Source: an uncultured archaeon (lineage in GTDB: Archaea; Asgardarchaeota; Lokiarchaeia; Sigyniarchaeales; SOKP01). From it: a stretch of DNA of 37,243 nucleotides. Of this stretch, positions 1 to 8,881 are shown in pieces; the stretch's first letter is position 1, and each line of letters begins with the position of its first letter. Where the stretch lies: the NCBI GenBank assembly GCA_964525635.1, contig CAZGJX010000002.1, positions 76,124-113,366 on the forward strand, in the 5' to 3' direction. The position numbers were made by a program, and so were the translations under genes. The notes beneath the pieces are model-generated. The model had not been told where the DNA came from. It did no database searches and saw nothing but the letters and a program-made list of their open reading frames with translations.

Positions 1-195
1 GATGATGGGCCTGAAGTAAATACTTATGATACTGATCCTAATGATGAAGATTCTGATGATGATGGATTAAATGATGGATCTGAAGTAAATACACATAATA
101 CTAATCCAAATGATCCTGATTCCGATGATGATGATTTTTCCGATAGAGAAGAAATACTTGCAGGAACAGATCCATTAGATCCAGATGATTATCCT
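1..195 (+). repeat. ~69-nt (23-aa) coding tandem repeat, bacterial TSP3-type DxDxDG..D..E
   Basis: gatgatgggcctgaagtaaatac at 1 recurs as aatgatggatctgaagtaaatac at 70; a third degenerate unit follows. Confidence 0.75.
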
Positions 196-345
196 GATGA
201 TACAACAACTTCATCAACCTCAACAACTACAATAACAGGGACACCAGATGATATTCCTGGATATGATTTATTCTTTTTGATAGGAATAATAGGATTGATA
301 ACTGCCATTTTTAGTAGAAAAATCAAAAATAGCATGAAGAGTTAA
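1..345 (+). CDS. C-terminal part of a cell-surface protein with TSP3-like Ca-binding repeats, Ser/Thr linker and Loki-CTERM-type sorting signal (5' truncated)
   Basis: Manual frame-1 translation: DDGPEVNTYDTDPNDEDSDDDGLNDGSEVNTHNTNPNDPDSDDDDFSDREEILAGTDPLDPDDYP-DDTTTSSTSTTTITGT-PDDIPGYDLFFLIGIIGLITAIFSRKIKNSMKS*. IPGY motif, TM helix, basic tail; TAA at 343-345. Not in the ORF track. Confidence 0.85.
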   Translation, partial: DDGPEVNTYDTDPNDEDSDDDGLNDGSEVNTHNTNPNDPDSDDDDFSDREEILAGTDPLDPDDYPDDTTTSSTSTTTITGTPDDIPGYDLFFLIGIIGLITAIFSRKIKNSMKS

Positions 346-376
346 TTATCTAAAATTAGATATAAATCTAAAAATC

Positions 377-388
377 TTTTTTTTTTTT
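377..388 (+). terminator. oligo-T tract, probable archaeal intrinsic terminator
   Basis: Run of about 12 T some 30 nt after the stop at 345. Confidence 0.45.
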
Positions 389-471
389 AAATATATCAAA
401 TTTCTGAATTAATAGATTTTAATAAGTCTTAATGATAAAATAAATTGAAGGAAAGACATTATATCAAAAGA

Positions 472-1065
472 TTATATAAGTATTGCATTAAAATTATAAT
501 AACTTAACATTAATCTATTTAATTCTTTAAATGCAGTAAGAACATTGTAATTTTCTAAAGAAGATGTTTTATAAAACCCATCTAAATTATATTTTTTAAC
601 AAATTCCATAATATTATTCTCTTTGACAATTTCCATCTCAGAACTATTTTCTAATAAATCACTTTTACTTCCTACTAGCAATACTGGTATTTTTTTATCG
701 TTTATTGTTTTTAAAAGATCGTACCAATAATTTAATTGTTGAAATGAAGAATAACTCACTAAATCAAATACTAATAATGCACCATCTGTCCCGTTTAATA
801 ATCTAGGAATTAAGGATTTAAATCTCTCTTGACCTCCAAAATCAAAAATAGAATTAACTATATATTTATCTTCTGAATTAGACTCTTTATCATCATCAAA
901 TTTAATATTTAAATAAGTGGAGTGGAAATTTAACCCAATTGTCATCTCTGTGTCCATATGAAATGAATTAAAACAGTATCTATTAAATAAACAAGTCTTA
1001 CCAACTCCGCCACTGCCAAGAATTACTATCTTAAAACAATAAACAACTTCTTTAAATGGTCTCAT
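472..1065 (-). CDS. Rab-like small GTPase (Ras superfamily)
   Basis: G1 GSGGVGKT, G2 TIGLNF, G3 DFGGQERF, LLVFDL, G4 SKSD, G5 TSS; no C-terminal Cys. Confidence 0.92.
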   Translation of the reverse strand: MRPFKEVVYCFKIVILGSGGVGKTCLFNRYCFNSFHMDTEMTIGLNFHSTYLNIKFDDDKESNSEDKYIVNSIFDFGGQERFKSLIPRLLNGTDGALLVFDLVSYSSFQQLNYWYDLLKTINDKKIPVLLVGSKSDLLENSSEMEIVKENNIMEFVKKYNLDGFYKTSSLENYNVLTAFKELNRLMLSYYNFNAILI

Positions 1066-1258
1066 CTTTGATTCTATGTATATGCGTTAAAAATAGACTA
1101 ATTAAATAGGTTTTTTTAGAATTATAATTATACATTGTTAAAAAAAATATTTGAATGTCCTATTATTCATAAGAAAAAATATAAAATTTTATTATCTTAT
1201 TTAAAAATATATATTAATTTTCTTTTAATTGACAAATTATTTTTAATATGGTATTAAA

Positions 1259-2167
1259 ATGCAAAATAAGTTATCTCCAGAAAAAATTATTATTCGTCCT
1301 CCAGTTGAGGCAAACTCGATTCTTATAGCTGTTACTGGAGGATGTAGCTGGGGTAAATGTATATTTTGTGGGACATATAAAGGTGTATATGGAGGAATTC
1401 AAGAATACGCAATTAGACCTCTTGAAGATGTTTTAAGAGATATAGATAGTTATGCTGAACAAAATATCAGTGGATTTCCCGTTTTTCTTGCAGGAGGTAA
1501 TCCATCATCAGCACCAACAGATTATTTAGTTAAAATCTTAAAATATATAAGAAATAAACTAAAAATTGTAAAGAGAGTCAGTTGTTATGCTAAAGCTTTA
1601 GATATATTAAGAAAAAATGATGATGAGCTAAAAAAATTATCTGACGCAGGATTAAATATTGTATATATGGGATTGGAGAGTGGTAGCAGTAATATTCTAA
1701 GAATGATGAAGAAAGGAACAAATGCTGATTCAATGATAAGAGCAGGAAAAAAAATATTAAATGCTGGTATAGATTTAAGCTTATATATTATTCTTGGTTT
1801 GGGAGGTTATAAATATTCTAAAGACCATGTTGATGAAACAGCAAGAGTATTAACTGAAATTAATCCTACAATATTTCGATTTAGAACTCTAAATATAATA
1901 CCCAATGCATCTCTATGGGATGAATGGAAATCTGGTAAATTTAAGCTATTAAGTCCTATTGATTGTATAAAAGAAGAGAGAGATATTATTTTAAAATTAG
2001 GTCCTGATGTTAGTTCACAAGTATTTAATGATCACATATCTAATTATAGCTCGATAAAAACCTTTAACATTAGAGAAGATCGTGAGTTCTTTATTAAATC
2101 TCTTGATTCTTTAATTAATGATCCCAAAATGCAAAATTTGCCAAGAAAAAATTTGATTCATATGTAA
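1259..2167 (+). CDS. radical SAM protein
   Basis: CxxxCxxC (CSWGKCIFC), N-terminal IRPP, VYMGLESGS and IILGLGG motifs. Confidence 0.9.
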   Translation: MQNKLSPEKIIIRPPVEANSILIAVTGGCSWGKCIFCGTYKGVYGGIQEYAIRPLEDVLRDIDSYAEQNISGFPVFLAGGNPSSAPTDYLVKILKYIRNKLKIVKRVSCYAKALDILRKNDDELKKLSDAGLNIVYMGLESGSSNILRMMKKGTNADSMIRAGKKILNAGIDLSLYIILGLGGYKYSKDHVDETARVLTEINPTIFRFRTLNIIPNASLWDEWKSGKFKLLSPIDCIKEERDIILKLGPDVSSQVFNDHISNYSSIKTFNIREDREFFIKSLDSLINDPKMQNLPRKNLIHM

Positions 2168-2220
2168 GAATTAGAATATCATTTCTATTAAATCGATTTT
2201 TTTTTATTTTATAAACCTAA

Positions 2221-3354
2221 TTAATAACCTCTTTGCCATAACCATAGAAGCATTTTACCAATTAGTGCTGTTTCCATACCTGCAAATGAATGGTTTCCTT
2301 TTTCAAAAAAGATATAATTTTTTGGGTTTAAACTAAGGAATTTTTTATTTATCTCAAAATTTTCATAATTAATTATCTCATCATCTTTACAGTGAGCAAG
2401 CATAACGCGATAATTATTATCAACATCCCAATATACAGGATGATCGAAAAATCCTTTTCTTTTATTAAATGAATTTAAAATTGGGGATACTATTCTATTT
2501 TGTAGATTAGTAGGTTCAAGATTTATACCAATTAATTCATATCCTGCTTTCATTAATTTTTCTCTTCTGAAAATCCCAATTTTTAATTTTCTTGTTGCTG
2601 TCATTTGAAGATCTGCCCAGGCGGCTGCAGCCATAACAAATTTTATTCGGTGATCTAAATATGCTTCATTTAACACAATTCCACCTCCTTGAGATATACC
2701 CCATGCAATTATTTCGTCTGAATTCACATCTCCGACATCTTTTGCACGTTTTTCAATAAATTCTACAACATTACTAAATTCTTCAATGATATATCCCATG
2801 TCCCATTTATTGCCAAAATTTGCTTCCCCATGTCCTCTAGAATCATAAAATAATACAGTAAAACCAATAAAAGATAAAGGAATACCAAATGAGTAATAGT
2901 TCTGTCTTATACTATTCAAACCATGGCACATAATTAATACAGGGGAATTTTCCCTAGGTGTAGAGGGGCTTTTTACAAGTTCTCCAGGTAAATAATTGCC
3001 TCCTCCAATTGGAATTTTAATTTTTTCTAAAGATACTTGTTCTGAGCTAAAATCATATAATTTTCGACCCATTACATAATCAATTCTTTTAAAAGACCAA
3101 ATTATCGCCATAAATCCCATCAAACAATAAATAACTCCTAAAAGTAGGCTAGGAAGCCAAATAAGACCATTTATTTCCCATCCCAAGTTTAAATCTAATG
3201 ATAACATTTGAACTACACATGGTAACCAAAAAAAAAATTGAGGTATTGTAAAAAAGAGGATATATTTAAGAATTAAATTTCTAAGATATTTACTATGCCA
3301 ATTAATACCTTCCCAAGTTATCCCTTCTAAAAAATATTGTATATTTTTCTTCAT
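2221..3354 (-). CDS. membrane-anchored alpha/beta hydrolase (serine type)
   Basis: Two N-terminal hydrophobic helices; HGL oxyanion region, YDSRGHG, nucleophile GISQGG, acid HCKDD, His GNH. Confidence 0.88.
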   Translation of the reverse strand: MKKNIQYFLEGITWEGINWHSKYLRNLILKYILFFTIPQFFFWLPCVVQMLSLDLNLGWEINGLIWLPSLLLGVIYCLMGFMAIIWSFKRIDYVMGRKLYDFSSEQVSLEKIKIPIGGGNYLPGELVKSPSTPRENSPVLIMCHGLNSIRQNYYSFGIPLSFIGFTVLFYDSRGHGEANFGNKWDMGYIIEEFSNVVEFIEKRAKDVGDVNSDEIIAWGISQGGGIVLNEAYLDHRIKFVMAAAAWADLQMTATRKLKIGIFRREKLMKAGYELIGINLEPTNLQNRIVSPILNSFNKRKGFFDHPVYWDVDNNYRVMLAHCKDDEIINYENFEINKKFLSLNPKNYIFFEKGNHSFAGMETALIGKMLLWLWQRGY

Positions 3355-4154
3355 TATTTTTCATATATTTTTTTTCTTTCAATTTGTTTATATTTTGGAT
3401 TAAGCTTTTGCTTTATTTTAATACTGAAAAATGCAGCTACACTATGCTCCATACTCAATAGATAATGCCCACCAAAATCAAGAATTAGAAGATTGTTTTT
3501 TTTTAAAGCTAAAAGATCCCTATTTTTTTCAAAATCTGAAAATGGAACGATTTTATCATCTTTACAATGAGCTAAATACACCTTATCCGAATTATTCCTC
3601 TTTTCAATTTTATTTTTATCAATTAAATACAATGAAATTCCACAAATAATTTTAACATCCTCATCTATCAATCCTTCAAGAAGAACTATTTCAGCTCCAT
3701 AATCAATACCGAAGTAAATTAGATTATTTTTATCAACTCTATCATTTTGCCATAATAATTGTTTAATCCTCGGCATAATCTTACGATTTTTTTTTATAAA
3801 TTCAGCTCTACTTAATTTTTTATTGTATAACTCAACACATAAGGTTGGATATCCTTGTAAGGCAAAATGAGCACCCCAATGCTCAAAAAATGGATATTTT
3901 TTATCCCTTCTTGGAAGAATAATTACCCCTGGCATTTTATTAGAATCTAAGAAATCTGATGATGTATATAAATAACAATTAATTAAATTTCCCTCTGAAT
4001 CATTTATTTGGATTTTCTTTATCTCTAAATTATGTGTTATAACTCTATCCCATCTTTTATTAATTTTATCTGAATTCATCTTAAAAATCATTAAGATGAA
4101 ATATATGATTAATAATAGAAATGCTATAAATAGAACCCAAAATAATATAATCAT
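3354..4154 (-). CDS. membrane-anchored alpha/beta hydrolase-fold protein, paralog of the downstream gene, Asp at the nucleophile position
   Basis: N-terminal TM; GIDYGA aligns to GISQGG; LAHCKDD and GGH shared; stop overlaps the next start (TAATG). Confidence 0.75.
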   Translation of the reverse strand: MIILFWVLFIAFLLLIIYFILMIFKMNSDKINKRWDRVITHNLEIKKIQINDSEGNLINCYLYTSSDFLDSNKMPGVIILPRRDKKYPFFEHWGAHFALQGYPTLCVELYNKKLSRAEFIKKNRKIMPRIKQLLWQNDRVDKNNLIYFGIDYGAEIVLLEGLIDEDVKIICGISLYLIDKNKIEKRNNSDKVYLAHCKDDKIVPFSDFEKNRDLLALKKNNLLILDFGGHYLLSMEHSVAAFFSIKIKQKLNPKYKQIERKKIYEK

Positions 4155-4175
4155 TATTTTCTCCCTTTAATTAAC

Positions 4176-5582
4176 TTAATATTTTGGACGAAAATCTAAA
4201 ATACGTTTTTCTTTCAGTTGAGTCTCCATTCCTAAAGATCGTGTAATTTCATCTGAACTCATTATAGTAATTATATTTGGAGATAATTCCATCTTATCTT
4301 TAATATAATTTGATAAATCTTCAATAATATTTCCTTTTTTTTTTTCTTTTTTTCTTTTTTTTAGACTTATATTAATTATTAATTCATCCATCATCGAGTC
4401 TCCTTTCTTAAGTATGATCTGCCATTCATCAATATTCTCATATTCTGGCATAATGTCATAAAATTGATTTAAATCTATTAATGTACCTTTAACTTTATCA
4501 AATTTCACCTTTTTTATTTCAGATATTCTACTAATCATTGAGGAAATGATTGGAACATTTCTTTTGCAATATGGGCATTTTTCATATCTGATTCCTTCCT
4601 CAGCAATATCACCTGTACGATAATTCATAACAATTGTCCCACGACCACCAAGTGCTGTCCAGACCAACTCTCCTTTTTCTTCAGGTCCTACTCGTTCACC
4701 TGTCTTAGGATCTATACAATACCAAAGCTCTAAATCGGGATAAGTATGATAGCCTGTTAATTCACCATCGATTCCTTCTGGATGTGGACATTCGAGAGGT
4801 GCTATCCTTGATTCTGTAAAACCATAGGCAGCACAAATTCTTGGATCTTGTGCATTCATCGAATTTAATAATTCTATTATTCTTTTTCTGAAAGTGAAAT
4901 TACATCTATCTCCTCCTGTGATTAACAAACGAATGTCCTTTAAATAATGTTCATATCCAATCGCGGTCTTAAATGAATGATAAATATATCCTGGAACTCC
5001 TATAAAAACTGTACCTTTCATCATCATTGTTAAATTCACTATTTTTTGAGTACCAAGAATTTTTCCTCCTCCTGTATGGATTGCTGTGAGTCCATTACCC
5101 GTAGTTGCATAATAAACCAACCAAAATGCAAGATGTGGTGAATAAGGAAATGAATTGATAATAATATCTTTCTTATCCATTCCAGTTACTTCAGACAATC
5201 TTTTTGCAACAGGTATCATAATATTTTCCATATCCCAATTAGAATACCAGAAAGGAGTACTGAATGCTGTCCTACCTGTTGTAGCGATCATAAACTGCGG
5301 TTTATATGAGGGGTCTTCAATTTTTTGCATAATGTAATAAGAAGGTATAAATGGATTATCATCTATAGGTGCAATATCTTTTTTAATCGTAAATGGGAAT
5401 TTTATTATAAAATTATCAACAGAATTGATAGTAAGTGGATCTATATTGTTCTCTTTAATTATTTTCTTGTAAGCAGGATGATATCTCGCTATTTCTTGGA
5501 CCATTAACTTTATCTTTTTATCTTGCATTTTAGATTGCTCATCATAAGATAATGAATCCCAATTATCCAACGCATGTTTCAT
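4176..5582 (-). CDS. phenylacetate-CoA ligase (PaaK)/F390 synthetase-like adenylate-forming enzyme
   Basis: ATTGRTA (P-loop-like), YGFTES, GELVWT, NYRTGDIA, CPYC motifs. Confidence 0.85.
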   Translation of the reverse strand: MKHALDNWDSLSYDEQSKMQDKKIKLMVQEIARYHPAYKKIIKENNIDPLTINSVDNFIIKFPFTIKKDIAPIDDNPFIPSYYIMQKIEDPSYKPQFMIATTGRTAFSTPFWYSNWDMENIMIPVAKRLSEVTGMDKKDIIINSFPYSPHLAFWLVYYATTGNGLTAIHTGGGKILGTQKIVNLTMMMKGTVFIGVPGYIYHSFKTAIGYEHYLKDIRLLITGGDRCNFTFRKRIIELLNSMNAQDPRICAAYGFTESRIAPLECPHPEGIDGELTGYHTYPDLELWYCIDPKTGERVGPEEKGELVWTALGGRGTIVMNYRTGDIAEEGIRYEKCPYCKRNVPIISSMISRISEIKKVKFDKVKGTLIDLNQFYDIMPEYENIDEWQIILKKGDSMMDELIINISLKKRKKEKKKGNIIEDLSNYIKDKMELSPNIITIMSSDEITRSLGMETQLKEKRILDFRPKY

Positions 5583-5612
5583 TTCTTACACCATATTGCT
5601 TTAATAAGTTCT

Positions 5613-5810
5613 TCAATCTAACTCTTCTAAAGTTAATTCCCTTAATATTTTTGATTTACATTTTTTATTCGGACAACGATTTCTTTTTTTCTTAGCACAT
5701 TTGATACATACTATTCTTAAACATTCTTGACATATTAATAATTTATTATTTTCTGCTATAGGTTGATGAGGAGATAATAAGAAACCACATTCATTACAAG
5801 CTTTAGTCAT
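5613..5810 (-). CDS. small 8-Cys zinc-finger protein (C4C4 RING-like spacing)
   Basis: C-x2-C-x18-C-x2-C-x4-C-x2-C-x7-C-x4-C in 65 aa; 30 nt upstream of the ligase gene. Confidence 0.75.
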   Translation of the reverse strand: MTKACNECGFLLSPHQPIAENNKLLICQECLRIVCIKCAKKKRNRCPNKKCKSKILRELTLEELD

Positions 5811-5931
5811 CTATTATCAATATTATATAATTTCAATTTAATAAATAATCTTATAATTATCTAAAAAGTCAGTAAGATAAAAACAAAAAACAGATTTTAC
5901 CGATTTTTCTATCTATAATAATAATAAATAA

Positions 5932-6438
5932 TCATTCAAGTTTCTTAACATATTCATTTAATTTGTTCAATGATTTTTTATATGAAGATATCATTTCTAA
6001 AAAGAGATTATTAAGATTATATAAACGAGAATATCCATTTAAGGGTTTTAATACTTCTTCTTTATAATCCAATTCTGAATTAATATTATTCAGCTCCTTT
6101 TCCCATTTTATTAATCTCTCTATTATATTTTTTGTCCATTTTAGAAATATAAGACCTGCATTTTCAGCATAATATATTATTTTTCCCTTTTTTGATACTT
6201 CTTTTTTATTTATTAATCCCATATCTACAAGATTATTCACTTCTTCAGAGACTTTACCGGCAGATAATCCTGTTATTTTTTGTATAGTTTTCTGAGTTAG
6301 ATATTTTCTTGTGATAAATAGACCTAAAATCTTTGTAAAATAAGCATCTCTACTAGCAAATAAAGGAGATCCAATAAGATGATTCAATATTTCATCTTCT
6401 AATTTATATATATCGGGATCAAATAATATCTCTTTCAT
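5932..6438 (-). CDS. GbsR/MarR-family winged-helix regulator
   Basis: LTQKTIQKITGLSAGKVSEEVNNLVDMGLI HTH, C-terminal dimerisation helices. Confidence 0.85.
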   Translation of the reverse strand: MKEILFDPDIYKLEDEILNHLIGSPLFASRDAYFTKILGLFITRKYLTQKTIQKITGLSAGKVSEEVNNLVDMGLINKKEVSKKGKIIYYAENAGLIFLKWTKNIIERLIKWEKELNNINSELDYKEEVLKPLNGYSRLYNLNNLFLEMISSYKKSLNKLNEYVKKLE

Positions 6439-6968
6439 TTTTCTGTCTCTAATTTAATTTGTTGACCTATTGTTGGAAATAATTCTTCATATATTTTAAA
6501 AACGTTTATAATTTCATCAATTCTTTGTGAAATATGGTTTGCTCCATTTTTTGATTGTTTTGAAAGATCTTCTAATAATTTTTTTTTATTTTTCAGAAAA
6601 CTTATAGATAACGCGAAACTTTTTAATCCAATTTCTAATCCTCTTGTCCCTATCATATCAATATCTCCAGAAAAATAATAAATATATGTATGTGTATTTG
6701 GAATAAGTTTTTTACTAAAGTAATTAAAACCTAACATAACTGAAAGATAGGTTGAGATAGTACCTGCAGAAAATCCTGTTAACTCTTTTAATTCTTTTTG
6801 GGTCAATTCTCCATGAATTAAAAGATATATTGATAGAGCTAAAAATTTTGGATTAACTCTTTTTTGTTGTCCAATATCTAGTAGAAAATTTACGATTTTA
6901 TTCTCAAATTTTCTGAGTCTTTTATCAAATATTCTATTGTTAGATTCATCATCATTTTTATCCATCAT
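6435..6968 (-). CDS. GbsR/MarR-family winged-helix regulator (tandem paralog)
   Basis: ELTQKELKELTGFSAGTISTYL HTH; ATGA overlap with the downstream paralog. Confidence 0.85.
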   Translation of the reverse strand: MMDKNDDESNNRIFDKRLRKFENKIVNFLLDIGQQKRVNPKFLALSIYLLIHGELTQKELKELTGFSAGTISTYLSVMLGFNYFSKKLIPNTHTYIYYFSGDIDMIGTRGLEIGLKSFALSISFLKNKKKLLEDLSKQSKNGANHISQRIDEIINVFKIYEELFPTIGQQIKLETEK

Positions 6969-7010
6969 TTCATAATAATAATAGTAATTCTTTTATAAAA
7001 ATCTTTTTTA

Positions 7011-7084
7011 AGTTTCAAACATTGTGAAGACCCAACCTATAATTATAAATAATACTTTATTATGATTTCACAATATTTGAAACT
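7011..7084. promoter_or_regulatory. pair of inverted 18-bp operator-like sites in a divergent promoter
   Basis: AGTTTCAAACATTGTGAA (7011-7028) and TTCACAATATTTGAAACT (7067-7084) are reverse complements at 17/18; AT-rich TATA-like 38-bp spacer. Confidence 0.7.
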
Positions 7085-7105
7085 CGGGAAACATATATAT
7101 AAAAA

Positions 7106-7973
7106 ATGATAGATAATATGGTTTCTGTTTATGAAAATTTGTACCCTAATATTGAATATTTCTTAATTAGTGAAAAAGAAATCCCTTCCGAAAAGATAGA
7201 TAGATTATTTCTTAAAAAAGGTCAACATAGAGCTGTTAATAAGAAACTTTATTTTGGTGACCTCTTTAAATAAGTCTCAAATAAAATTCCCTATAATTCT
7301 TTTGGTTTTATTGGATCAATTACCTTTGGATTAATTACGTTTGGATTATCGATTTTAATTAGTTATTTGTTAATTAATCAATCAGATCCGAATTTTAACA
7401 TTTTTTATCGATGGATTAGTAATCTAGGCATTGGAGAAAATGGATCATCAATTATATTTAATCTAGGATTACCTATTTCAGGAATTATAATATTTTTTTT
7501 TCATAATTATATTAATCATTGATTTAAAAAAGAAATTCAGTTCTAAATTCATTTTAATTCTTATTCAAAGTTCATCAATTTCCAACTCATTTGGATTAAT
7601 TCTTGTGGGGATATCTCCATTAAATCTACCTCTTTTGCATAATATTATTGCAAATTTTGACTTTTTTGGAGGATTGTTATTTAATTTACTCTATGGGTTT
7701 ATAACATTAAAAATATCAAAGAAACCAACGATTCATGCTATATTAAGTCTAATTGATTCCATGAGTTATATTTCTTTTAATATCACTCAATTATTCTCAT
7801 TAATTACAAATCACACGGGAATATTAAATTATTTCTTTGAATGGCTAACTTTATTTTTACATCTTTCTCATCAAATTGAATTGTCATTATATTCTATTAA
7901 AAATTTAAATCATTTTAAGAAATTTATCTATAGACGACAAAATAATATATTGAAAATTTTAGCTTTGGGATAA
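7106..7973 (+). pseudogene. interrupted DUF998-like multi-pass membrane protein
   Basis: WISNLGIGENGSSIIFNLG in one frame, GLILVGISP...LHNIIA...FFEW in the next; joined by removing one T from the T9 run at 7493-7501; in-frame TAA at 7271-7273. The 5' boundary is uncertain. Confidence 0.65.
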
Positions 7974-8090
7974 ATCAAAGTATCTTAAGAATTATATATC
8001 AAAAAGTATTTAAATCATATAAGATAATTATTATTAGGCATAACTAATTATATAAGAAATTTAAATAAGAAAAAGAGAATTAAGGATCTT

Positions 8091-8846
8091 ATGGACAAAA
8101 TAAGTGATTTAGAAATTATAAATAATTCTCAGAATTATCAAATAATTGTTCAAGATTTATATAAGTCATATAAATCAGGTAATATTGAATATAATGCACT
8201 TAATGGGATTAGTCTTTCTATTGAAAAAGGTGCTTTTAAAATGATTCTTGGACCATCTGGATGTGGTAAAACAACTTTATTAAATATGTTAGGTGGACTT
8301 GATTCACCAGATAAAGGTAATGTCTTAATTGATTATAATCGTATCTATAAGGATATTACGAAATTTTCTAAAGATGAACTTACACAATATCGTAGAGAGA
8401 AAATTGGAATTATTTTTCAATTTTATAACTTAATACCTATTTTAACAGCTTTAGAAAATGTGGAATTAGCTGCAAGATTTTCTAATAGCTCAAATCCAAG
8501 AGAAAAATCTAAGGTTATTTTGAAGGAATTCGGTTTAGGAAATAAATTAAAAAATTATCCTAATCAATTGTCTGGTGGTGAACAACAGCGAGTGGCCATA
8601 GCAAGAGCTTTAATAAAAGATCCACTTTTAATTTTGGCAGATGAACCAACTGGAAACTTAGATACTAAAAAAAGTAAAGAAATTTACAAATTATTAAAAT
8701 CATTATCTGTAGATTATGGAAAAACAATATTAATAGTTACTCATGACGAGGATATGGCTGATAAGTATGCGGAAAATCATATACATATTCGAGATGGAAA
8801 ATTAATTAAAGAAGAAGAAAAAGCTCATTATGATATATATAAATAA
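8091..8846 (+). CDS. ABC transporter ATP-binding protein (LolD/MacB family)
   Basis: [45 protein letters not shown]. Confidence 0.95.
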   Translation: MDKISDLEIINNSQNYQIIVQDLYKSYKSGNIEYNALNGISLSIEKGAFKMILGPSGCGKTTLLNMLGGLDSPDKGNVLIDYNRIYKDITKFSKDELTQYRREKIGIIFQFYNLIPILTALENVELAARFSNSSNPREKSKVILKEFGLGNKLKNYPNQLSGGEQQRVAIARALIKDPLLILADEPTGNLDTKKSKEIYKLLKSLSVDYGKTILIVTHDEDMADKYAENHIHIRDGKLIKEEEKAHYDIYK

Positions 8847-8881
8847 GAATTATCAAAAATAAGAGAGGGATAATTATTAAA

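Noticed and set aside
3431-5507. Short + strand ORFs 3431-3649, 5155-5337 and 5325-5507
   Set aside because: Antisense shadows of well-supported hydrolase and ligase genes, with no motifs.
7605-7973. 122-aa ORF as an independent gene
   Set aside because: Better explained as the 3' fragment of the frameshifted DUF998-like gene.
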